Below are positions 1-10,718 of a DNA stretch of 11,798 nt, in pieces. The notes under the pieces were generated by a model. It did not search any database. It had not been told where the DNA came from and was given only the letters and a program-made list of their open reading frames with translations. The translations under genes were made by a program, and so were the position numbers. This DNA is from Adineta steineri (taxonomy: Eukaryota), in the NCBI GenBank assembly GCA_905250045.1, contig CAJNOG010000006.1, forward strand, positions 463,242 to 475,039. Direction: 5' to 3'. Position 1 is the first letter of the stretch, and each line of letters starts with the position of its first letter.

Positions 1-481
1 AATATATTGTATTTAAAATTGCATGGTTGATTTGTTCATAATATGATCAATGTTACTAGATTTTTGTAATTGTTCATTCACACGTGATGTATATATTTTC
101 TCTCGCGTAAGAAAGATATATCAATAAATAAGTCGCCATAAAATATTTTGTATTGGAGTGACATCTTTTTTAATAAACAGATTGTACCAATAAAAAAAGT
201 ACCTAGTTAGTCATAAAAAAAATCCGTATGTTGTCTGATGACGATATTTTTTTCTTCTCAATAGTTAACTTGGTTGTTGACTGATTGTTTATTATTGTTT
301 GTTGAATAATTCATCGATTCATCCTTGTGACTGATGTTAGATTACAATCATGATGAAAGAACTCGAACGTATTTTCTTCCTACATAATTCTCTATGCAAA
401 TATTGTTATCAATATCAAATACTTGTCTCAATCATTTTCATTTTAGATATTTGTTTATTTCTATTAAAATTAGTAAAAATA

Positions 482-1261
482 ATGAGTGGTAACAAAGGTG
501 GTGTTTTATCCCGTGTATTTGGTGGTTCATCAAAAGGTGGTGCTAAAACAAAAGTAGCTCAAACACCACAAGAAGCTATACAACAGTTACGTGATGTTGA
601 AGATGTTTTAAATAAAAAAGTTGAACATTTAGAAGCAAAAATTAACGAAGAAACAGCTATAGCTCGTCGTGATGCCCGAACAAATAAACGAAATGCTTTA
701 AATGCACTTAAAAGAAAGAAACGTTTAGAGAAAACTTTACAACAAATTGATGGAACTTTAACAACACTTGAATATCAACGTGAAGCTTTACAAGTAAATT
801 TAGAGGAAAATCTATTCAATAAGAATTATTTTTATTTAGAATGCATCAATGAATGGTCAAGCATTTAATGCACTTAAAAGTGCAACAAGTGCTTTGAAAA
901 ATGTTCATAAAGAACTTGATGTTGATAGTGTTCAAGATATAATGGATGAATTAGCAGATCAACATGAATTATCAAATGAAATTGCTAATGCTATTTCAAG
1001 TCCTGTTGGTATGTTTACAATATCAAAAAAAAAATAATTTAAAATGAAATTATTTTCATAGGATTTGGTGCTGAAATTGATGAATTTGAATTGGAAAATG
1101 AATTAGCCCAATTAGAACAAGAAGCTTTATCACAAGAAATGGCTCAAATTAATTTACCACAAGTTCCGGTTTCTTCACACACTTATGCACAACCTGCAGC
1201 TGCTACAGCAGGCAAAGCAAAGAAAGATCCATTGGCTGAATTAGCTGAATGGGCATCATAA
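482..1261 (+). CDS. CHMP4: Charged multivesicular body protein 4 (CHMP4/Snf7-like ESCRT-III subunit), 3 exons
   Basis: Exons 482..793, 840..1008, 1062..1261; introns 46 and 53 bp, both GT-AG; 681 nt in frame to TAA. Protein starts MSGNKGGVLSRVFGG and contains TPQEAIQQLRDVEDVLNKK, NKRNALNALKRKKRLEKTLQQIDGTLTTLEYQREALQ, and ISSPVGFGAEIDEFELENELAQLEQEAL, collinear with animal CHMP4. The C-terminus LAELAEWAS resembles the ALIX Bro1-binding helix (ELENWA in human CHMP4). Confidence 0.95.
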
Positions 1262-2666
1262 AATTGATTCTAAAAAACAAAACAAAAAAAAAAGAGACTA
1301 AAGACCGGTTCGTGTCAGTGCATTCCCCTACTTATTCTTTTCATTTCTTTTCTTTTTCATTTATATTTATTTAAGTTCATAGAAATATACATCATATCAT
1401 TGAATATGATTTATTATTTAAAAAAAAGCAAAGTTCTTTCAGCCATTGTACGAAAAAAGTATTCTGCTTACGTTGAAATATGAAAATATATATATGCTGA
1501 TCATTACTATTTTTTTTTCTTCTTCGCTTCATTTTGTCTGTCCTTTGTATACATACGCTCTTTTCTGTTTTATATTTGTTCTTTAATCTGTATAACATCG
1601 ATAAGATAATGATTAAGAAAATAAAACATGTCTCCCGTTCTCTGTTTTTTTTTATTATTTTAAAACCTTTTTTCATATTTTATTTATCTTAAATGATACA
1701 TCTATTGGATATATTTGACGAAGTTTGCACTCGTTTTCTTATAGATTGTAGAACATATTGATTTCATACTCTTTCAATATGAAATCTAATAGATATCTCT
1801 ATTTTTACTCTTTAAAATATAGTTATGAACAAAACATCTTCATTTATTGGCTTTTTCTATTATTATACATCGTAAAAACTTAATAAGTTCTACAAAGATC
1901 ATTAATATTACTTTTTTATTCGAATTAATTCGTATAAAGAAAATCATTGCTGCGCTCAGTTTCTTGTCATAGTGTCTTCTTTTTCACGCTGTTATCAGAT
2001 TTAAAGCGTAACTTAACGTTCTCTAATGTCATTCTGTATGTGTATTATATCTGTGGTAGGTGATTCTAAAATCCAATTGAGTCTAGAATAGTTTTTATAT
2101 TATTAAAATCAGCAACATTGAAATATTTTGATAAGAAAAAATTATTAACATATAATATGATTTTTTTACACCCTCATTATAGTTTTATTTCTGTTGATTT
2201 ATCATCGCGTTATAAGGACCATGAAGTTCGACCATCTTCAGGATGTGAGCGAAACAACGAGATACTCCATCCATCTATTTATCTACTTACTTGAGTGCAT
2301 TATTCTAAAAGAAATCTTAGTGATAATATCACTAAAATACGTCATGAATTAATATATATTTTTTCTGATTAGACGAAGAACATCTACTAAATAAATACTT
2401 CCTGAGAAATAAGACTTGAAGTGTGATAGTTTTCGTAAAACCTTCACTTAGGTTTTTTATATAATAAAATCTATTGAACATCTAACACATTCACTCTAGT
2501 GATACTTTAGTGATGTAATCCAAACTTTTCAGCTTCATGTTTTAAAAACATACACATAATAAAAAAGTGTAGATGGTAAGTATTTGTTTTCGTGCATTTG
2601 AAGCTGAACTAAAATCTTATGTGAATTGTGGTATAAATAAAATAGAATTTATTCATAATTGTAGAT

Positions 2667-5600
2667 ATGAATATATCATCAGTTGCAATTGATACTCATT
2701 TTCCCATAGGTGGATGTTTACCTAAACAACCTACTGGTGCATTACAATTATTAACAAAACATCCTCAATATGATGGACGTCAAGTCACAATTGCTATTCT
2801 TGATACTGGTATTGATCCACTAGCAAATGGTCTTCAAGTATTTATTTATATCTTTTTTTTTCCTATTTTATATAAAACAAGAATTTCTTTTAGAAAACAA
2901 GTACAGGAGAAGTAAAATTAATTGATTTACGTGATAGTACAGGCAGTGGTGATGTGGATATTTCAACCATTGTTAAAATAACATCAACGAATAATAAAGA
3001 TGATGATTCAATTCAAGGTTTATCAGGAAGAAAATTAAAAGTAATAAGAAAATATTGTTTTCAAAATCAACATAGATTTATTTTTGATTTAAAGATTCCA
3101 TCAAGTTGGAAAAATCCATCAGGAAATTATCAAATTGGAATAAAATCATTAAAACAATTAATACCAAATTCTGCTTTTGATCGTCTTTCAGTAAAGAGAA
3201 TTATTTTGGAAATTAAATGATTTAATTTAGAATTAATTTTTTTAGAAAGAACGTCGTGAAAAACTTTTTGATCCTGAACATCGTCTTACTTTAGCTGAAG
3301 CTCAACGTCGTCTCGATGAACATACTAATAAATTTCCAACACCAAATGAAGTATTAAATTTCTTTTTTCTATTTCGAAGAAAATTTAAATTCTTTTTAGG
3401 AACAAAAAATAATTCGCGAAGAATTTCAATCATTTGTTGATGCTTTAAAAGAAGTAGAAAAGAAATACAATGATCCTGGTCCATTTCTTGATTGTATTGT
3501 TTGGAATGATGGAGATAAATGGATGTTCGTATTATTTAATAATAAATATAAATAAAATTAATTCTTTTCATTCTAGTGCATGTATTGATACAACTGAACA
3601 AGGTGAATTAGATAAATGTAAATGTTTAACAAATTATTTTGATTCTCATGAATTTGCGACATTTAGTGCCATAGGTTAGAAGAAAACTAAATAAATGAAG
3701 AAAAGAATTTATTTCTTTGTTTTTTATTTAGATATGGTTACTTATTCCGTACAAATACATCATGAAATTAATATTCTTGAAATTGTCGTAGCTGGAGGTT
3801 AGTTATTATTTTCATTTCTATGAAAAATACCAAATATCATTTCCTATGCTGTACTAAATAATATAGAAAATAGAATATTTCACTGATTCATATATAATTC
3901 TTATAATCGATTATTAATTGTAGAAGTTTAAGACAAATTGTGATAATTCAATAAATAAAACCTGGTTTGTTCTATCTACACTTTTAAGAGAGATTTAATC
4001 TTCAATTGCACATTCTGAGGTTTTGATAAAATAATGTTCTTGCCTAATGTTTCCTTTATCTCATATGAACAAGTGTGACAGATACTCTAAACTAACAATT
4101 CTTAATGCAAATATGTGTAATACTCTGTGTGTTTCTGAATTATCTAGACCCTTGCTTATTACTCAGAAAAAAGCCTGTATTTTACATTCTTTAACGGTTT
4201 AAAATGAGTAAATGAAATCAAATAACCTTAACAACTTCGTTCCAAACAATGAGCTCTTCTTGATTTTGCATTCCATTGAATATAATGGAGGAAAAAAAAC
4301 AATTGATTATAAAATTAATGCGTTATCTAATATGTTTGACGCTAATTATATTCGCTTAAAATGATTCTATAATGAATAAAAGATTTGAAAAATGTACGAT
4401 GTATATAGGTTCTCATGGAACTCATGTTGGTGCAATATCTGCCGCTTATTTTGGCGATTCTTGTGAAGAAAATGGTATTGCACCTGGTGCACAACTTTTA
4501 TCAATTAGTATAGGTGATCATCGTTTATCAACTATGGAAACAGTTCCATCTCTAGTTCGAGCTGTATGTTTAATAGATTTATTTTATTTGAGACAATGTT
4601 TGTATTATTTAATTAGATAAAATATTGTATTGATTATAAAGTTGATATAATAAATTTAAGTTATGGAGAAGATTGTCAAATTCCTAATTCTGGGTAAGAA
4701 TTTATTTACAAAGAAATTTAAAAGAAAATCCTTATATTTATATTACAGACGAGTACAAGAATTATTTAATGAAGCTGTTGAAAAACATGGAATAATATTT
4801 GTTTCATCAGCTGGAAATAATGGTCCAGCATTAAGTACAACAGGTGCACCTGGTGCAACATGTACAAATCTCATTGGTAGATTAATTAGTTTTTTTGAAT
4901 CAGATAAGATAATTTTTATTTTTTTATTTCTTCAACTGAAGGTGTTGGTGCTTATGTAACACCTGAAATGCAATTAGCAGAATATGCATTAAGAGAATCT
5001 ACAGGTTGTACAACATCATTTACCTGGTCATCACGTGGTCCATGTAGTGATGGATGGTTAGGTGTATGTATTAGTGCACCTGGTGCTGCTATTACAAGGT
5101 TTGATATAATCTTTAGAAAAGAAATTTTCTTTATCAAAATTTCTTTTCCATTAGTGTACCACAGTTTTGTTTATCTCAAAGACAATTAATGAATGGAACA
5201 TCAATGGCATCACCAAATGCTGCTGGATGTGTTGGTAAAATTTATTGTTTATTAGTTTTTATGACTTATTAATTTGTTTAGCTCTTTTGGTAAGTGCATT
5301 GAAACAAGAAGAAATTGAGTATAATCCATCATTAATTCGTCGTGCATTAATGAATACAGCACAGAAAATAGAAGATGAATTTTCTGTTGGTGCTGGTCTT
5401 CTACAAATTCATAAAGCTTTAGATTATATTCGTTCATTAGCTAAACCATCATTAATATCAAAAATACAATTAGATATTACAGGTGGACAAGGACGTGGAG
5501 TTTATTTACGAGATTTTGATCAAGTTCAAACAAGTTCGGGTGATATACGTTTAACTGTTAAAACGAAATATTTATCAAAAAAACCGAATCAATTAGTTAC

Positions 5601-8321
5601 TTATGATGGTAATATAAACAACAAAAAAGAAAAAGATTCTATTTATATAAAACTATTAATTTAGATCAAGAAGTCAAAATCAAATTTGCTTGTCGTTTAT
5701 CATTTATTTGTGATCCACCAGTTAGTTATGTTCAACATGCCAAATTTCTTGATTTATCTTATGCAGATCGAACATTTGATATCAGAATTGATCCATCACA
5801 TTTAAAAGAAGATGAAGTTCATTTTACAGAATTACAAGCATTTGATACGAATCAAATCAATGCAGGACCATTAGCTCGTTTTCCAATAACAATTATAAAA
5901 CCAATTAGGTAAAACTATTTCAACAAATTCATTACTGAAATATTTATTTTATTTTGTATTTTCAAGTGTAAATTCTCAAACAAATTCTCTTGAATTTAAT
6001 TCTCAAACATTTAAACCTAGTCAAATACGTCGACATTTTCTTCAAGTTCCCACTGGCTCAAATATTGCTGGTTTGTCTTCTATTTATTTGAAAAATATTT
6101 TTCTATTTCCTATTTAATAGTATTTAAAATAACAAATCATTCTTCTGATATCTCTTCTCTAATGAATTTACATTTTATTCAACTTGAATCAGGTCGTTCA
6201 TTTCGTACAAATGAATTTGAAAAAATAATTCGTTTATCACCGAATGCAATATTTCAATGTTATTTTAATGTTCAAGATAAACGAACATTAGAATTATGTT
6301 TAGCACGATGGTGGTCAAGTTTATCTATTATGGATACAAGTTATTCAATTAAATTTCATTCAATACTTATTTCACCTTCAATTTCATTACATTTACGTAG
6401 TAGTCAATCATATGAACGATTTGTTTTAGAAAATCGTTTAATAAATACATATGAAAATATCAATGGTTTACCTACTATTAATTGGAAATTTCTTGTACAA
6501 ACATTAAGACCAAATAAAGATGAAAGTAAAATACAAATTTTATCGAAACGAGATTGTTTAACTGATCAAAGACAAATTTATCAACTTTTATTAGTTTTTA
6601 ATTTTACATTAGTAAGAATTTCATTTGAATTATTTTTAAATGAAAATGTTTTTTTTCTCTTTTAGTTAAAAGCTTCAGAAATTCAAATAAAATGTCCATA
6701 TTTACATGAATTACTTTATGATAATGAATATGAAGGTGCTTTATGGATGTGTTTTGATACAAATAAACAATATTTAGGTTCAGGTGATGTGATGAAAGAT
6801 GTAAGCAGAAGAATTTTATGTCAATTTTATTTTAATCTGTTATTATTTAGTATTCATTAAAATTAGAAAAAGGTGATTTTATCATTCGAATGAATATTCG
6901 ACATGATAAATATGATTTATTAGAACGTTTATTAAAAGATAATGGTGGAACTGGTTTATCTTTACATATTGAACATAAAGTTAGTGGATTACCCGCACCA
7001 GATTTTTATTATTCATTAGATGGTTTACATACACAAAAGAAAAAAATTCAAGCTTCAACTATTAAATTACAATGGGGACAACCATTACCTATTTTTATGA
7101 CAACTGTACCAGAAGACAAGTATGTTCAATTTTATTTTATTGAAAAATTACATTTTATTTGTTTTCAGACTTCCAAAAGTAATTAGTTCAATAGCAGGAA
7201 CATTTCTACGAGGCACAATGACATTTCCTAAAAACGAAAAAATGAAAAAATTGGTTTGAATTGTTTGATTTTTTAGTTAAAAAATAAACGAAAATATTTT
7301 TTTTCGTAGGAAATGAATACAATTTATCAATATTTTACTGAACCTAGTTCAACATCATCAAGTTCTTCAAAGAAATCTTCATCAACTAGTGTTACTGGTA
7401 GTAGTAAAAAACAAGTAAGTTCACCTGTGATAACAACAACAACTGAAGAAGGAACAACAAATAATTCATCACAAAAAGATCAACAATATCAAGAAGCATT
7501 GAGAGATTTAAAAATTTCTTGGATACCAAAGTAATTCAATTAGTTTTTTTTCCATTATATTTCTTTATATTTAAATATAGATTAACTGATGATCAAGGCA
7601 AATTATATGAAGAATTGATAAGTGAACAACAAGATTTAAATAATCATGTTCCATTACATCTTGCTCGTCTTCAACAACTTGAAAATCAATTAAAACAATT
7701 AACAAATGAGAAAAAAGATGAAAAAATAAATGAAATTATTAAATTTATTCAAGATAAACTTTTAACTTTATTTGATGAAGATTTAATTTTAAAATTTTTT
7801 GGTCAAAAAAATTCATCATCAACTGATAAAGAAAATCAACTCATTAAAACGTATGAACCAATAAGAAATTATAAATAGAAGAATTAATTTTCGTTTTAGT
7901 GATATGGAAAAACGTCGAAATTGGTTTATTGATATTTATATCTCATTAGGAATGTTATTATGTGATTTATCAAACATAAATGATGAAACATCAACATATT
8001 TATTAAATATTTTTAAAATTTTACAAAAACATATCGATATTAATGATGGAAAATTATCGAATCTTCATTATAAATATAATTTAATGAAAAAATCTTATGG
8101 TCGGGTTTGGAAAATACTTTTAAAACAAATTGAAGAAAAATCTTCATCACAACAACAAGAATATGATAATAAATTACTTCAAGTAAATTCAATTTATTTG
8201 ATTATTTTACATTTATTCTATTTTTTCTTAGCTTTATCAAGCAATGAATATGAAATATTTAATTGCCTATCAAGAACGTTTAATTATTGCTAAATATCCT
8301 TCAACTTATCTTCTATTTTAG
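2667..8321 (+). CDS. TPP2: Tripeptidyl-peptidase 2 (subtilisin-like serine peptidase, family S8), 23 exons
   Basis: Exons 2667..2837, 2894..3040, 3095..3190, 3246..3350, 3400..3524, 3577..3674, 3732..3797, 4409..4563, 4617..4693, 4749..4876, 4942..5098, 5155..5234, 5282..5608, 5665..5908, 5967..6070, 6121..6611, 6666..6800, 6851..7119, 7169..7253, 7310..7530, 7581..7850, 7900..8182, 8232..8321. All junctions are GT-AG and phases are consistent throughout (3924 nt). Recognisable TPP2 segments: [156 protein letters not shown], and C-terminus [10 protein letters not shown]. Confidence 0.96.
2802..2804 (+). other. TPP2: Predicted TPP2 catalytic Asp codon (ILDTGIDP)
   Basis: Subtilisin Asp-site motif in exon 1. 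Confidence 0.9.
3798..4408 (+). other. TPP2: Outlier 611-bp intron of TPP2
   Basis: Donor g|gttagt after GTAGCTGGAG and acceptor tatatag|gttctcat restore VVAGGSHGTH in frame. All other reconstructed introns in the window are 46-65 bp. Confidence 0.88.
4414..4416 (+). other. TPP2: Predicted TPP2 catalytic His codon (GGSHGTHVG)
   Basis: Subtilisin His-site motif; the exon begins at 4409, immediately after the long intron. Confidence 0.9.
5201..5203 (+). other. TPP2: Predicted TPP2 catalytic Ser codon ([10 protein letters not shown])
   Basis: Canonical subtilisin GTSMA motif in exon 5155..5234. Confidence 0.9.
7346..7480 (+). other. TPP2: Ser/Thr-rich low-complexity linker encoded within TPP2
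   Basis: Encodes [43 protein letters not shown] just before the conserved [11 protein letters not shown] segment. Confidence 0.85.
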
Positions 8322-8460
8322 TTTGTTTTTCTTTTTTTCACGAAATTTTCGTTTAATAACCAAAACAACAACAAAAAAAACTAAAGGATGATACATCCTT
8401 GTCTTTTTTTTCAATTATAAATTTAAAAAGAAACAATTCATTCGCTTTTTTTTTAAATTT

Positions 8461-8463
8461 TCA
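8461..8463 (+). promoter_or_regulatory. Candidate splice acceptor upstream of the CDK5RAP3 start codon (5'-UTR intron or spliced-leader trans-splice site)
   Basis: T-rich tract ...cgctttttttttaaatttTCAG|atctaatataATG lies 11 nt before the ATG, in the 153-nt gap after the TPP2 stop codon. Confidence 0.45.
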
Positions 8464-8474
8464 GATCTAATATA

Positions 8475-10603
8475 ATGACTATTGACGATAGTACGATTGA
8501 TATTCATCTTACCAAACTTGTTGGTTAGTCAATCAATCTTCTTCTTTTAAATTTAATAATAAATTGATTTGTTTAATAGATTGGTTAGTTGATCGTCGTC
8601 ATTGTTCAAAAGATTGGAATGAACGATCAGTGGCAATTCGAGCGAAAGTTCAACAAGCTATTCTAGATATGCCTGAACATGATGAAATAAAAAGATTACT
8701 TGGTTCTTCTTGTATGAAAAAATTTATCTTTTGTTTTTGAATAAATTATTTTTTATTGAATAGATTTGGATTATTTTTGTTGTTTGAAAATTGTTGATAT
8801 ATTAAAAGAAACAGAAAAAGAAAGTAAAAATATGTTTGGCATGTATTCATCACAACGAATGAAAGTAATTTAATAGATCATTCTTTTTTTATATCTAAAT
8901 ATAATATTTAGGATTGGAGAACAATTATTTCTAATTATGAAAAAAATTCTATTTATCTCGGTATGTCTTTTTCTTTTCCAATGTTAAAAAAAACGATAAT
9001 ATATATTCACAGTTGAATCCGGTCAAATTCTTCAACGAAATGTTGCTTTTGAAATACCCGCATTAAAAAAGCATATTGGTAAATGTCAACAAATTCGAGA
9101 CGAATGTCATACACGACATGCAGAATTAGATAAAACTATTCATGAAATCGAAAAACAATATGCACAATTATGCACCGATATGTCAATTAAAGTTTGTTTA
9201 TTATTTTATTTAATTGTTTCGCGTAATCTTAAATTTCATAATCTAGGGTGATAATGTTCAACGAGAATTAATTGAACGTATTGAATATTTACCAAATATA
9301 TGTACAGAATTAGCAAATGGAGATAAAAATTCGATTCCATCATTAAAATCAGCTGTAGAATTTTATTTAGAATTTATGAAACATTTTCATTCATCTTTAA
9401 AATCGAATGATGAAGAATTTTTACCAATTATTAAATATTTAATTGATAATGGAAATACAACTGTTTATCAATGGAGAACGAATGGTCATGTACCTGTTAG
9501 TATTGAACGACCACCATTAAATTATAAATTTGCAGAAGCAGCTGAAATTGATGAAACAGAACCAAATATTATTCTGGGATTTGATGATGATTTAACAACA
9601 TCAACTGAAGGAATTGAAATTAAACAAGCAGCAAATCAAGCAGATGTTATTGATTTTGATATTGTATACAAATTTACATCTATCTATAGTCTTTTATTTA
9701 TCTATTTATTTATTTAGGAAACAGAAATTGATTGGTCTGGAATTGATACAGTACCTGAATTACTTGACCCAGCTCTTTCGTCTAATGGTACTCATCCGAA
9801 TTCTATTCCTGAGGCTCTTCGAGAAGCTGCTCTCAATGGATCAACTCATCCAAGTATTTTATTTAAATATCCTAGTTTTTTATCTTTCTCTATGTAATAG
9901 TTGATGATGGTATTGCACGTGGTAATGATGCATTAACATTATTGGAAAATCGTGCAACATATACAACATTTATTCAAGAACTTCATCGAGTTAGTTTAAA
10001 ATATTTAAATTAATTCATTTCTTTCTTTCATTCTTTTAGCTTCAATCATTTTTAAAACAACGTCTCAATGAATATCATGTCAATGAAACTATTCTTATGA
10101 CATTTATTATGCAAAATGCACCATCATCAATACAAAAAATCAATGAAAATGGTAATAGTAATAGATTTGAAAAGATAGTTATTTTATAAATTAATATTTA
10201 AGATTTAAAAACATTTTTGAAAAATGTTGATTCAATATTTACATCGATTGCTCATCGACAATTAGATCGATTATTTTCAATGCGTGATTCATATAAATTT
10301 GTTGATCGTCTTATAAATTGTTTTCAACAAAAGAAAATTGCTATTGAACGAAATCGTTTACAACAAAAAGAATTAGAAGAAAAAGCAACAAATTCATCAA
10401 AAGAAGAACAACAATTGAAAGAAAAATTAAATATATTAATTTCATATACAAAACAATTAAAAGAACAGGTAAAATATAGTTTTTTGTTTTTCGTAATTGA
10501 TCAAACAAATTCTATAAAATTGTTTTAGGTTGCAAAAGAAATTTCAGTGAAAAAATGTCAAAATCGACGTATCAATATCATGGGTGAAATCAATACATTA
10601 TAA
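8475..10603 (+). CDS. CDK5RAP3: CDK5 regulatory subunit-associated protein 3 (CDK5RAP3/C53/LZAP), 11 exons
   Basis: Exons 8475..8523, 8580..8711, 8764..8864, 8912..8960, 9013..9191, 9247..9663, 9718..9853, 9901..9989, 10040..10151, 10203..10468, 10529..10603. All GT-AG, phases consistent (1605 nt). Diagnostic segments: IDIHLTKLVDWLVDRRHCSKDWNERSVAIRAKVQQAILDMPE, MYSSQRMKDWRTIISNYEKNSIYLVE, EIPALKKHIGKCQQ, GNTTVYQWRTNGHVPVSIERPPLNYK, GIARGNDALTLLENRATYTTFIQEL, KFVDRLINCFQQKK, NRRINIMGEINTL. Confidence 0.94.
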
Positions 10604-10682
10604 GAGAGTTTTATTTTTTGTTTCTTTTAAAAAGTGTGCAATGTTTGTTTGAGGAAGATGGTTTTATCATTTTACATCGATA

Positions 10683-10688
10683 AATAAA
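10683..10688 (+). terminator. Canonical AATAAA poly(A) signal, probably for CDK5RAP3
   Basis: AATAAA 80 nt after the CDK5RAP3 stop codon, followed from about 10720 by a G/T-rich tract (gggtgtagatttgagtgtggatgtg) of the type expected for a downstream element. Confidence 0.6.
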
Positions 10689-10718
10689 GCAAATCAAAGG
10701 AATTTTTATTATTTATCT

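Noticed and set aside
1392-1676. 94-aa minus-strand ORF between CHMP4 and TPP2
   Set aside because: Lys/Asn/Phe/Ile-rich composition expected from random AT-rich sequence, with no homology I recognise. It is probably 3' UTR or intergenic.
3302-3484. Minus-strand ORF overlapping TPP2 exons
   Set aside because: It is antisense to conserved TPP2 coding sequence and is explained by the complementary strand of those codons.
3470-3679. Separate short [12 protein letters not shown]...FATFSAIG
   Set aside because: It is an artefact of reading through an intron in another frame. Its C-terminal half ([13 protein letters not shown]...) is the true TPP2 exon 3577..3674.
4952-5437. Minus-strand ORFs at 4952..5137 and 5252..5437
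   Set aside because: Both are antisense shadows of conserved TPP2 exons with no independent support.
6606-6670. Apparent one-base frame break at the TPP2 junction 6611/6666
   Set aside because: Recounting positions against the flanking coordinates and codon phases gives intron 6612..6665 (54 bp) and continuous ...FNFTL|[19 protein letters not shown]... in frame, so it was a reading slip and not a frameshift.
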